Virus record (IMG/VR): IMGVR_UViG_3300020043_003824
Location: 1-34,356 of that record
Strand: one strand, 5' to 3'
Origin: a virus
Taxonomy: Duplodnaviria; Caudoviricetes
DNA length: 34,356 nt
Made by a program: the position numbers and the translations under genes. Positions within the stretch are counted from its first letter, which is position 1, and each line of letters opens with the position of its first letter. The notes under the pieces are model-generated. The model saw only the letters and a list, made by a program, of their open reading frames with translations. It was not told where the DNA came from and made no database searches. Positions 17,318 through 26,631 of the stretch are shown here, piece by piece.

Positions 17318-18181
17318 ATGAATATCACCAATACCCGCGCCACGGTCGGACTTCAGACAAAAGCCACCCCAGTATCAACGAATCTGATCGGATCAGTTCA
17401 AATTGGAGCAAATCCAGAAACGATATCATTGAATCAAGCCGATGTGGCTTATTCTCTGCAAGGGTTTTTCGCCGGGGCATCTGATGTGCTTTCGCTAAAC
17501 CCATCGACCGGCTCAACGACCGGCTCGACAACTTGGGTTGCCGGTGCCGCTCAAATCGAAACTGCTACCGCCGCCGGGACTGTTACTGGATCTGGAAATG
17601 CGTCTGTGACTGTTACCGCTGCTGGGATGACAGGTTCACCCAAGACCATCTCGGTTGCTGTTGTCAATGGTGACACTGCCTCGGTCTGGGCCGGCAAGGT
17701 TCGCACTGCACTCGCTGCCGATACTGCTGTTTCTGCTTTGTTCAGCGTCAGCGGCACCACAACCTCAATCGTTCTTACTCGTAAGCCGACTGTCATCACC
17801 AGCGCAGGGATTTCGACCAATATTTTCCCAGCGACCGATTCAACTTTGAACATCGCGCTTGCCAACGGCACATCGACCGGCATCACGACCGCTTCGACAT
17901 CTGCTGACACACTCGCAGGAACCGCAACCGATGGTGTTCTGATCTATGATGGTGATGGTAAAGATTTCGAGGGTGTAACCCTTGCCAGCATTACCACGAT
18001 CAACGCGGAATTGTTCAAGACTGTGTCCTCTGGATTCGTTGTGGACGGCACCGGCGATGATCTGTTCAGCATTGCGGCTAATGGTTCTTACCTGTTTGCA
18101 CCGGGTCTGGCTGAAACTACTTATACATTTACCTCGACCGCTGCTGGTGCGCTTCAAATCACCGTTGTCGGACAAGACTAA
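17318..18181 (+). CDS. Thr/Ala/Gly-rich virion structural protein (decoration or appendage, putative)
   Basis: 287 aa with composition typical of beta-sandwich virion proteins. Confidence 0.7.
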   Translation: MNITNTRATVGLQTKATPVSTNLIGSVQIGANPETISLNQADVAYSLQGFFAGASDVLSLNPSTGSTTGSTTWVAGAAQIETATAAGTVTGSGNASVTVTAAGMTGSPKTISVAVVNGDTASVWAGKVRTALAADTAVSALFSVSGTTTSIVLTRKPTVITSAGISTNIFPATDSTLNIALANGTSTGITTASTSADTLAGTATDGVLIYDGDGKDFEGVTLASITTINAELFKTVSSGFVVDGTGDDLFSIAANGSYLFAPGLAETTYTFTSTAAGALQITVVGQD

Positions 18182-18540
18182 TGTCATGCGGCCCACCATT
18201 TGTCCATCTCCCCTGCACCTACAAAGACGCAACTTGGGATGGATTGACATGGCGAATCACCTCGACTGATTCGACTGAGTTCGATGCTGTTTTAAGCAGC
18301 GCGAAATTTCAGCTCAAAGATTCCAATGGTGCAGCGGCATTGACTCTGACCAGCGCAACTGCCGGTCAGGTAACGCTGAACAAAACCGCTGCCCGGCAAT
18401 GGGACATCACAGTTGAGTCTCGTATCTTGTCGCTCGATGCCGGTATATATTCATGGGCATTGGAAACGACCGATGCAGATGGAGTGATTAAGTCTCGCTT
18501 AATTGGTGATTTGAAAATCAACGCTGATAACACCCTGTGA
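18181..18540 (+). CDS. Small Ig-like adaptor protein (putative)
   Basis: 119 aa, beta-rich (LDAGIYSWALET), precedes the fibre gene. Confidence 0.55.
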   Translation: MSCGPPFVHLPCTYKDATWDGLTWRITSTDSTEFDAVLSSAKFQLKDSNGAAALTLTSATAGQVTLNKTAARQWDITVESRILSLDAGIYSWALETTDADGVIKSRLIGDLKINADNTL

Positions 18541-19547
18541 GTAATACAACCGTCACCGTCATCACTGGTTTAGGTTCCTCCGATTTGGAGGTTTCTTATG
18601 GTTCTCGCGGCCCAGCAGGTGCAACAGGTGCAACAGGGGCAACCGGGGCAGCAGGTCCACAAGGCGACCGTGCCGGACTAAAATACAGATTCGAAACTCA
18701 GACAAACGATGGTGCGCCGAGTGCCGGGCATCTGAAATTCAACAGCGCGACCTTGAGCGCTGTGACGCGCATCTCAATTAGAGATACCGATTTCGACGGC
18801 AACGACACTAGTGCATTGCTGGCATTGATTGACGACTCCACCTCAACGATCAAGGCGCGGGTCGTCATCCGCAGCAATTCAAACTCGGACACCAGCCATT
18901 TCAACTTCCTCGTCACCAGCGTCACCGACGAGGGCAATCATCACCACATCAATGGGACATATGTTTCTGGTTCTGCGTTCGCCGACAACGAGATTGTCAC
19001 ATTCGATTTCTATGTGACAGGTAATGAAGCGCTTTGGAATTTTAGGGGAGAATGGGTTGGATCAGACAATGAAGCGTATAACATTGGCGATATTGTCACA
19101 TACAATGGTTCTCTCTGGTACTGCATTCTATACATAAACGGAACTGTGGGCTATTTCCCAGATGCCTACCAAGACATCATCTGGCAACTGATCGCCGCGA
19201 AAGGCGACACCGGCTCACAAGGCCCAGCAGGCCCAACCGGCCCAGAGCCATCGCTGACGATCGCCGACAACGCGAACACCGCGATCACCCTCGCTGATAC
19301 CGACAACAACAAAGTGGTGCGCTGCACCGCCGCGACCGCTGTGACGGTCACTGTCCCCTCGACGCTCGCCGCTGGGTTTTCCTGCATGGTGATCCAAGCA
19401 GGCACTGGACAAGTGACCTTCGTCGCTGGATCGAGCGCGACGCTCAACAGCTTTGGTAATCTGCTCAAAACCGCAGGTCAGCACGCACCGGCATCTATTA
19501 TGCGAGTTGCGTCTGGGATGTACAATGTGAGCGGCAACTTGGTATGA
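18537..19547 (+). CDS. Fibre protein with collagen-like Gly-X-Y repeats
   Basis: GPAGATGATGATGAAGPQG and GDTGSQGPAGPTGP; an internal YNIGDIVTYNGSLWYC module. Confidence 0.8.
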   Translation: MSNTTVTVITGLGSSDLEVSYGSRGPAGATGATGATGAAGPQGDRAGLKYRFETQTNDGAPSAGHLKFNSATLSAVTRISIRDTDFDGNDTSALLALIDDSTSTIKARVVIRSNSNSDTSHFNFLVTSVTDEGNHHHINGTYVSGSAFADNEIVTFDFYVTGNEALWNFRGEWVGSDNEAYNIGDIVTYNGSLWYCILYINGTVGYFPDAYQDIIWQLIAAKGDTGSQGPAGPTGPEPSLTIADNANTAITLADTDNNKVVRCTAATAVTVTVPSTLAAGFSCMVIQAGTGQVTFVAGSSATLNSFGNLLKTAGQHAPASIMRVASGMYNVSGNLV

Positions 19548-20839
19548 TAATCCTTCAACAGACACGGGGCAACTTATCGAGCGGCGACCAGTTGTCGCTT
19601 GATCTGCCGTTCGCCCAGACGAAATCAATCAACGCAAGGATTGGTCCAACACCAACATTCACCCGTGCGAGTAGTGCTACATTCGTGGGGAGCAACGGAC
19701 TGATCCAGAGTGCTGCTATCAACACCCCCCGTTTCGACCACACCTCTGCTGGCGTGTGCCGTGGCTTGCTGATCGAGGAGAGCAGGACGAACTTAACAGT
19801 AAGAAGTGACGATTTTGGTGCTTCTGAATGGAACCAACAAGGAAACACAAGAAACCTAACCATATCCGCAAATAACACAGCATCACCATCTGGGGCGACT
19901 GACGCTGACCTTCTTACGGTGGGAGCGACCACAACAACTTATCAAGTCGTTCAGCGGTTACCAGCGGTTTCTGGAACAGTGACAAGCGGCACAGCCTACA
20001 CGGTAAGTTGCTATTTCAAACCCAATCAAGTAACGAGAGTTAGTATTTGGGCGGGGAATGCCGTGACACTTCCTGCTGATGCTATATTTGATTTAACTGG
20101 GTCTGGTTCAGTAGTTCTAGCAACCGCAGGGACAGCATCTATCCAGCAAGTTGGGAACGGATGGTATCGCTGCATAATTACAGGGACGGCTGGGGCAACA
20201 TCAGATACTACTTTGCGAATCGGGCCAGCATCGGGGTCATCAAGAACCTACGCTGGCAACTCCGTGGATTCTTTCTGGGCATGGGGCGCACAATTAGAAG
20301 CAGGCTCCTTCGCCACCTCCTACATCCCGACGACGACTGGCAGCGTGGTGCGTAGCGCGGATGTGTGTAGTATTACGGGGGCGAACTTTACGAGCTTTTA
20401 TAATCAGAGTGAGGGAACTTTGTTTGCTGATGTTACACCTCAGTCGATTGCCCAACTGGCAACTGTTTTAGCTGTTAATTCGGGTTCAGCCCAAAACCAA
20501 CATGGAATCTACAAAACCAATGCTGCGTTTCAGGCTGCTGGATTAAGATGGGGCGCGACAAGTGTGCTTACTGGATTTGTAACTCAAGCGGCACCATCAA
20601 CAGGAACGGATGTTGCAATATCAAGATCTAAACTGTCTTACGCATACAAACTAGATGATTTTTCGTTCGCCTATGCTGGGACTATTGTAGGCATAGACAC
20701 AAGCGGAACTTTGCCATCACCAACAACAATGCAAATTGGGAATAGGGATGGGACATTGCAAATCAATGGTCATCTAGCAGCCATCCGCTTTTACAAGAAA
20801 CGCCTCCCCAACGCCAAACTCCAATCCCTCACGGCATGA
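19544..20839 (+). CDS. Carbohydrate-binding (lectin-like) fibre or spike protein
   Basis: TFTRASSATF...TPRFDH...GLLIEESRTNL, VGNGWYRC, WGAQLEAGSFATSYIPTT; ends LPNAKLQSLT. Confidence 0.78.
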   Translation: MIILQQTRGNLSSGDQLSLDLPFAQTKSINARIGPTPTFTRASSATFVGSNGLIQSAAINTPRFDHTSAGVCRGLLIEESRTNLTVRSDDFGASEWNQQGNTRNLTISANNTASPSGATDADLLTVGATTTTYQVVQRLPAVSGTVTSGTAYTVSCYFKPNQVTRVSIWAGNAVTLPADAIFDLTGSGSVVLATAGTASIQQVGNGWYRCIITGTAGATSDTTLRIGPASGSSRTYAGNSVDSFWAWGAQLEAGSFATSYIPTTTGSVVRSADVCSITGANFTSFYNQSEGTLFADVTPQSIAQLATVLAVNSGSAQNQHGIYKTNAAFQAAGLRWGATSVLTGFVTQAAPSTGTDVAISRSKLSYAYKLDDFSFAYAGTIVGIDTSGTLPSPTTMQIGNRDGTLQINGHLAAIRFYKKRLPNAKLQSLTA

Positions 20840-21126
20840 CGGACTACCTTTTAAAATTCCCCTCACGCGAAGTAGCAGTCCAGTTCGGACTAGCCAACGG
20901 ATTTGCTGTAATCGACGAGGACGGCAACGAGCAGATCACTCTCGCGTCACATGAATACGCACTCCACATCATCGGTGAGCATAATGGCTCGGACTGGTGG
21001 GTGCTGTTCCGCGATCTTGCTGGCATCCCGATTCCAGAGGGCGGCGAGCAGTTTATTTTCTGGGCTTCCGACTCCGGCGAACAACGGCCCGCAGACGAAT
21101 CCGTTCCTAACATTTTCTGGGCATGA
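20836..21126 (+). CDS. Hypothetical protein coupled to the fibre gene (possible chaperone)
   Basis: 96 aa, acidic, ATGA overlap. Confidence 0.7.
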   Translation: MTDYLLKFPSREVAVQFGLANGFAVIDEDGNEQITLASHEYALHIIGEHNGSDWWVLFRDLAGIPIPEGGEQFIFWASDSGEQRPADESVPNIFWA

Positions 21127-21166
21127 CCATCACCACCCACACACTCTCCGCAAAAACCACCCAACC

Positions 21167-21322
21167 ATGAAAACTACCGCACTAGGCATTTTAACCGTTA
21201 TTACCGCAGTCGCCAATTTTAGCATTCAGCTACTCAATGGTGGATCACCAGACATTGCAGCTACCATTGCCGCCGTGACTGCTGGACTCGGACTCATCAA
21301 CGCACAGGACTCGCTCAAATGA
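21167..21322 (+). CDS. Small membrane protein with two hydrophobic segments (holin candidate)
   Basis: MKTTALGILTVITAVANFSIQLL...IAATIAAVTAGLGLI, 51 aa, upstream of the endolysin. Confidence 0.6.
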   Translation: MKTTALGILTVITAVANFSIQLLNGGSPDIAATIAAVTAGLGLINAQDSLK

Positions 21323-21447
21323 AAATCACTGCTATCCTAGCAACCGTGTTTCTAGCGTCCTGCTCGGTCGGTGAGATCCAAAAAGCGCAGATCGTCCTAA
21401 ACGCTGCCGATGCAGCTTTGCAATCAATCGGAAAATCAGCGAAATGA
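21319..21447 (+). CDS. Small lipoprotein (spanin candidate)
   Basis: MKITAILATVFLAS-C lipobox, 42 aa, ATGA-coupled at both ends; absent from the ORF track. Confidence 0.7.
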   Translation: MKITAILATVFLASCSVGEIQKAQIVLNAADAALQSIGKSAK

Positions 21448-21644
21448 CCATACCAGTTGAATGGGTTTTGTCGGTGCTGCTCGGCTCGGGAGGCATTATT
21501 GCTACCCTGGCCGGTGTCCTGTGGCGCACAATGAACAGCAGGCTTGAGGCTCAAGATCGGATCATTTCTCACCTTCAGACCGAGGTCGCGAGACTGTCCA
21601 AGGGTTGCGGAATGGAATCCTGCATCTGGCGGCGCATTGCTTGA
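21444..21644 (+). CDS. Single-TM coiled-coil protein (holin or spanin candidate)
   Basis: N-terminal hydrophobic helix, coiled coil and two C-terminal Cys; 66 aa. Confidence 0.6.
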   Translation: MTIPVEWVLSVLLGSGGIIATLAGVLWRTMNSRLEAQDRIISHLQTEVARLSKGCGMESCIWRRIA

Positions 21645-21670
21645 CTTATGCGAAATTGGTCAAGCGTGAC

Positions 21671-21676
21671 TTGACA
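21671..21676 (+). promoter_or_regulatory. TTGACA box 19 nt before endolysin ATG
   Basis: Recurring motif, preceded by a GCTTGAC/GTCAAGC inverted repeat at about 21639-21665. Confidence 0.5.
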
Positions 21677-21695
21677 TATACAGCATATCATAAAC

Positions 21696-22259
21696 ATGAC
21701 CTACAACGAGATTTTCCATTTACAGAAACGGATCGGCACGACCCCGGACGGATTCTGGGGTCCGAAATCCATTCGGGCCTGCAAGGATCATCTCCGATCA
21801 ATGATGCCGGAGGTCAACCCATGGCCGAAGTCTGATCAATCGAGTCTGACCGCATTCTATGGTCATCCGGGCGATGAATCAAAACTCGTATCAATCGATG
21901 TGGCTAACCTCGGCGTGAAATACGATGGGCAGACGGTGCGATCGATCCGCTGCCATGAGAAGGTCGCTGATTCGCTGCGCCGAGTCATTGTTGCGCTTGA
22001 TGAAACCCCATGCGCTTACATCCTTGGGCAGTATGCCGGATGCTACAACAACAGACCGATGCGCGGAGGATCATTGCCATCCCTGCATGCCAGAGGTGCC
22101 GCGATTGACCTCGATCCCGCGCCGAACGGCAACCACCGTGCTTGGCCGGTCAACGCAACCATGCCGATTCTGGTGATGGAAGAATTTGCGAAAGAAGGTT
22201 GGCTCGGGCTTGGCTGGGCGATCGGCAGAGACGCAATGCACTTTCAAGCTACGCAATGA
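21696..22259 (+). CDS. Endolysin, M15-family Zn peptidase with short peptidoglycan-binding N-terminus
   Basis: LQKRIG..PDGFWGPKS; YNNR...SLHARGAAIDLD (SxHxxGxAxD); DAMHFQ. Confidence 0.9.
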   Translation: MTYNEIFHLQKRIGTTPDGFWGPKSIRACKDHLRSMMPEVNPWPKSDQSSLTAFYGHPGDESKLVSIDVANLGVKYDGQTVRSIRCHEKVADSLRRVIVALDETPCAYILGQYAGCYNNRPMRGGSLPSLHARGAAIDLDPAPNGNHRAWPVNATMPILVMEEFAKEGWLGLGWAIGRDAMHFQATQ

Positions 22260-22546
22260 CATTTCCAAAATCAGTCGAGATCGGTGGCATGCAATTTTCG
22301 ATCTCGGTCGAGGATGGCATGGTCGATCATGGGCAATTCGAATTTGATGATAAAAAGATTACGATTCGGAATGCTGATGATCAGACGATGATCGAAACGC
22401 TGCGTCATGAAATGCTACACGCTGCATTTGCCGTTTCTGGCATCAGCTACTCTAAATTCTACGATGAGGAAGTCATCACACGGTGCATCGACAATCAATT
22501 CTTCCCGGCATGGGATAAGATCACCGCAAAACTAAAACGCAAATAA
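22256..22546 (+). CDS. Small HEXXH metallopeptidase-like protein
   Basis: MTFPKSVEIGG...ETLRHEMLHAAF...DEE; ATGA-coupled to the endolysin. Confidence 0.75.
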   Translation: MTFPKSVEIGGMQFSISVEDGMVDHGQFEFDDKKITIRNADDQTMIETLRHEMLHAAFAVSGISYSKFYDEEVITRCIDNQFFPAWDKITAKLKRK

Positions 22547-23341
22547 ATGAAAACTAAATCCAAGGTCGTTCTGTTATTGTCTGACCTTCACATTGGCAGC
22601 ACAGTCGGACTCTGGCCGGATAAATTTATATCCAATGAAGGTTTCCCGATAGGTCAGAATAAATTCCAGAAATGGTTATGGGCCTGCTGGAACGACATGC
22701 TTGGATGGGCCTCGACCACAATCGGCAAAGATGATTTCGACCTTGTCCTAAATGGTGACCTTGTGGAAGGCATCCACCATCGCACCCTTCAAGTTATGTC
22801 TGCCGATGTTGGCGACCAGACGACTGCGGTGCTTGAGGTTTTGTCTAAACTAGCAACCCGCGCAGCTCGGTTGCATGCCGTCAAAGGCACAGAATGCCAC
22901 ACCCGCAACGATGAGATCCGCATCGGTGCTGCTCTGAATGGCACACGCGACCCGCAGACTGGGCAACACGCATGGGATAGGCTCGACCTCGATGTGCATG
23001 GGTGCCTTGTCTCATTCGCGCACCATATCGGGACGACCAGCAGACCATACCTAGAAGCTGCACAGCATAGCATTAACCTCGGTGTTGAGATCCATGAGGC
23101 TGCGCGGATGGGCAGGCCGATCCCCAAGGTCATTTGCCGAGCGCATAGGCATCGTCATGGCATTTGGAGCGATGGCAACTCAATGTCGATCGTCACCGGC
23201 GCATGGCAGGGCATCACCCGATTCGGACGCAAGGTGGTGCCTGCTGCCGTCCCGCAGCCGAGCGCAATCATCCTTGACTGGCGCAATGTCGAGCGGGGCG
23301 AATTGCCGATCGTGCATCCTCGCGTTTATACCGCAAAATAA
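22547..23341 (+). CDS. Calcineurin-like metallophosphoesterase
   Basis: LSDLHIG, NGDLVEG, KGTECH (in place of GNH), FAHH, RAHRH. Confidence 0.85.
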   Translation: MKTKSKVVLLLSDLHIGSTVGLWPDKFISNEGFPIGQNKFQKWLWACWNDMLGWASTTIGKDDFDLVLNGDLVEGIHHRTLQVMSADVGDQTTAVLEVLSKLATRAARLHAVKGTECHTRNDEIRIGAALNGTRDPQTGQHAWDRLDLDVHGCLVSFAHHIGTTSRPYLEAAQHSINLGVEIHEAARMGRPIPKVICRAHRHRHGIWSDGNSMSIVTGAWQGITRFGRKVVPAAVPQPSAIILDWRNVERGELPIVHPRVYTAK

Positions 23342-23368
23342 GCCAAAACCTTTACACATTAAGATAAC

Positions 23369-23611
23369 ATGGCAAAAAAAATAGGAAACCTTTCATCGTT
23401 GCAATATGCACTCGCTGAACTTTCAGCCGATGAAAAGCGAGACGATGAATTTTCTGTGGATGATTTTATCCGCAGCCTCGCGGCTCAAGGCGAATCAGTC
23501 AGCGTCAGTTCTGCGACCAGTCGCCTCAACACGCTCATCACCAAGGGTCTGCTGGTAAAGCGCAAGGCTAGGATGAATGGTCGCACGATGAATCTATACA
23601 GCAAACCGTGA
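23369..23611 (+). CDS. Winged-helix DNA-binding protein (putative)
   Basis: FSVDDF...SSATSRLNTLITKGLLVKRK pattern. Confidence 0.6.
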   Translation: MAKKIGNLSSLQYALAELSADEKRDDEFSVDDFIRSLAAQGESVSVSSATSRLNTLITKGLLVKRKARMNGRTMNLYSKP

Positions 23612-23850
23612 TCGATGCCGATCAGATCCTGATGGAGTCGCAGTTTGCGATACTCTATCTGCGCGAGAAATCCATGCCATGCCAAACATGCGGGAAAAAA
23701 CCAGACCATGACTATCAACCAAGTGCCAGACTGATCTGGTGCGGTGGTGCAAAATGTCAGCGATCTGTCACAGATTCCAGACTCGATCATGGATTTGCCG
23801 ATTGGAATAATTTACAAAATGATCTTGCCAGACAGAAAAAATCTCGGTAG
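23608..23850 (+). CDS. Hypothetical Zn-ribbon protein
   Basis: CQTC...CGGAKC; GTGA-coupled. Confidence 0.6.
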   Translation: MIDADQILMESQFAILYLREKSMPCQTCGKKPDHDYQPSARLIWCGGAKCQRSVTDSRLDHGFADWNNLQNDLARQKKSR

Positions 23851-23895
23851 ATTTCCCTTGGTTCGCTTTGGTTCGCGTTCCTTGTTTCATTGTGC

Positions 23896-23933
23896 AGCGT
23901 CCCGAGGCAACCCCTCGGGACGCTAATTTTTTT
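23896..23933 (+). terminator. Rho-independent terminator near the end of the late operon
   Basis: 12-bp stem AGCGTCCCGAGG / CCTCGGGACGCT followed by AATTTTTTT. Confidence 0.8.
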
Positions 23934-24086
23934 ATGAGATACGAGCAATATATCGTTGGCATCGTCACCGTCCTCTATTTCTCGGTGGGTGCCATTTACG
24001 CATTACGAGGTAACATGCCTTGGGCATTGGTCTGGGCATCCTATGCTATGGCAAATGTCGGTTTGATCTGGGCAGCGTCTAAATAG
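23934..24086 (+). CDS. Small two-TM membrane protein
   Basis: MRYEQYIVGIVTVLYFSVGAIY...WALVWASYAMANVGLIWAASK, 50 aa. Confidence 0.6.
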   Translation: MRYEQYIVGIVTVLYFSVGAIYALRGNMPWALVWASYAMANVGLIWAASK

Positions 24087-26631
24087 GAATCCAGACGCAC
24101 CGTTGTCTGCATTGTGATCCGAATGCCATCACACCCATCCGCTTTGCGCCGGTCACACGCTCCAACTGGTGTTTCCACTTTCCTGCTCCCCATGCGGTGG
24201 GTGCAAAAATCTGTTCAAGCTGTGGGTGGTTATTGGCGACCAGTATACCGCGAGTCTCTGGGCAGAATCTGACACCATTGCGCTGCAAGGCATCCATCCG
24301 ATCCTTTCGGCGCAACATCGTTCCTGCATCATCCTCCGAAAGTGGATCACTCTGAATGTCCGCGATGACCTCGGAAATCGTGCGCTGGTAATTTGCACCG
24401 GCAACATCGAATCTGATCTGACTGGCAGCGAGGTGGGCAAGGCATTGGTTCTCATCATTGTCCACATCCTCGGACTTGAATCCCGCCCAGTCCTGCCCAC
24501 GCATGAACTCAAGTGCAATGCTTTCGCTCACAATCTTGCTTGTGGTGAGCGAATAGGCACCCGCTAATAACGCACCGATCTGATCTGCTGATCGCTTGTC
24601 ACCTGTAAATTCAACGGCAACGCGGCCGAAAATCTCGCAGTTCTCGCGGATGATCTTTGCGTTCCTGATGCACCTCGCGCGGAATTTGCTACAATAAACC
24701 TCATTTGAGACAGTTTCTTTCCAAAGTGCTACCACCCGATCGAAATGCTCCGAGGCATCACGCCCAAGATTCTTTCGCAGTTGCAGGATCGAAATGCGGC
24801 TCACATCGGATTTCTTGACCGCAGCCACCCCGATCGATGCGAACAGGAATGCCGAGCGGATAAGGTATGTCACTGATCCACCCTGTGCCGTTCCCTTCAC
24901 GATTCCCGCACCAGTCTCGGTGCTGGATTGCCGGGCAAGGGTCAAGATTGACTCAAACCTAGTCTGCGATGCCCTATCCTCTGACTCTGCCTCATCGAAC
25001 ACGACAGGAAGTGAATCACTCCCAAGGGTGCCGCGAATGCCTGCCTCGGATGTTGCACCCTGCACATGCACCGCAGCATCACCGACGAGCGGCTGAATGA
25101 TGTTCGATACAATCCATGACTTGCCAGATCCAGATGGGCCGGTGACCCATAGGTGCGGTCTCCATCTCAATGCGCCACCGATCGGGGCAAGTGCCAACCA
25201 CCCTGCAAGAAGTTTGCCATACAGCGGACGCTCCCACGATAGCATCTCACAGAGATCGATGAGTTTTGCGGATTCCGAGTTGGTCGCCACTTGGTCGGTT
25301 TCGGTCGGAATCTCAAGCGCACCATGGTAAATCGCCCGGCGTGACGAGTTGTAGGCAGGAATCTGGACAAACTCACCATTCACGACGAGTTTGTCACCGG
25401 CATGGTAAACGATATCCTTGCCATCGATCCAACATCCTCGGCCTCTGATTCTGCGGGAATCGAACATCGGCATCGATTGTGACCTCTGGATGAGTGCATT
25501 GATCGCGGCATCCCAGTTTGCTCCCGAGTTATTGCCGGGGAAAACAATTTCCCACGATTGCAGCGGGGCAAGGCGCATTAGGTTGTTTTTGCTATGCGCC
25601 GCCGCAGCAAGACTAACGATCTGCTGCGATCTATCGGGCATGTAATAAAACAGATCACCATCGGCCCCGAGCAGTCGGAACGGCAGATCGGCAACACGAT
25701 CGGACTGGGCGGGTGCGGCATCGATTTCTGGCGTAATGTTCGCCCGAGCCTCGGAATGCTGGATCAGATCACGCATCTGCTCTGGTGTGGCATCAGCGGC
25801 ATCCCACCCCGCCTTGGAATCGATGGGAGGCACAACCATGCTGATTTGCTCACAGATCGATTCTAGACGCTTTGCGATCGCCTCTGCGGCAACCATGCCC
25901 GGAGAGTCGTTGTCGGGCCATATAACGCATTCTCGGCCATTTAGCGGCGACCAGTCAGTCTTTGCATGCGCTGATGACCCGCCAGACCATGTTGTCGCGT
26001 TAAATCCTGCCTCAATCAACGCCGATGCCGCTTTCTCGCCCTCCACAATGATCACCGGGTCAGATGACCTGATCAGCGCAGGCATATTGAACAATGGTCG
26101 AGGCTCGGCCATTGCCTTCCACTTCCACCCCTCGGCACCAGTTGGTGATTTGCACCATGTCAACGGCAGCACCTCCTTGCCAGATGCCGAATCAAATCTG
26201 ACGGCATACCCTCGGATTTCTTTATCCTTGCCGAGATACTCCCAGACCGCTGATGGTTTCCGGCCTTTCTTTACAAAATCAGCATTAGTCGGAACAGATG
26301 GTGAAAATGGCATCGGCACCCAAACCTCGGACTTTGATGGTGCCATGACAGGCGCAGACCCGATTCGATCCGCCAACCATTCCGCTGCGGCCTTGATGTC
26401 GGTGTTCCGGGCAAGTTGCACCAATCGCAGGATACCACCCTTTTCATCTGCCGCGAAATCTGCCCACATGCCTGTCTGGGTGTTGATCGACAGAGATGAC
26501 CCTGCCTCACCAGTCAGTCCACCGATCTTGTATTCCTTGCCCGATTTCTTACCGCTCGGGAATAACTCCCGGCAAATGCTTTCGATGTATGGTAATGCTT
26601 TTTCGCTTAATTCGTTAAAATCATGGTTCAT
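24079..26631 (-). CDS. Primase-helicase (TOPRIM + P-loop NTPase)
   Basis: IIVEGEKAA, WPDND and GWDAAD (TOPRIM); GPSGSGKS (Walker A); VVFDEAE (Walker B). Confidence 0.9.
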   Translation of the reverse strand: MNHDFNELSEKALPYIESICRELFPSGKKSGKEYKIGGLTGEAGSSLSINTQTGMWADFAADEKGGILRLVQLARNTDIKAAAEWLADRIGSAPVMAPSKSEVWVPMPFSPSVPTNADFVKKGRKPSAVWEYLGKDKEIRGYAVRFDSASGKEVLPLTWCKSPTGAEGWKWKAMAEPRPLFNMPALIRSSDPVIIVEGEKAASALIEAGFNATTWSGGSSAHAKTDWSPLNGRECVIWPDNDSPGMVAAEAIAKRLESICEQISMVVPPIDSKAGWDAADATPEQMRDLIQHSEARANITPEIDAAPAQSDRVADLPFRLLGADGDLFYYMPDRSQQIVSLAAAAHSKNNLMRLAPLQSWEIVFPGNNSGANWDAAINALIQRSQSMPMFDSRRIRGRGCWIDGKDIVYHAGDKLVVNGEFVQIPAYNSSRRAIYHGALEIPTETDQVATNSESAKLIDLCEMLSWERPLYGKLLAGWLALAPIGGALRWRPHLWVTGPSGSGKSWIVSNIIQPLVGDAAVHVQGATSEAGIRGTLGSDSLPVVFDEAESEDRASQTRFESILTLARQSSTETGAGIVKGTAQGGSVTYLIRSAFLFASIGVAAVKKSDVSRISILQLRKNLGRDASEHFDRVVALWKETVSNEVYCSKFRARCIRNAKIIRENCEIFGRVAVEFTGDKRSADQIGALLAGAYSLTTSKIVSESIALEFMRGQDWAGFKSEDVDNDENQCLAHLAASQIRFDVAGANYQRTISEVIADIQSDPLSEDDAGTMLRRKDRMDALQRNGVRFCPETRGILVANNHPQLEQIFAPTAWGAGKWKHQLERVTGAKRMGVMAFGSQCRQRCVWIPI

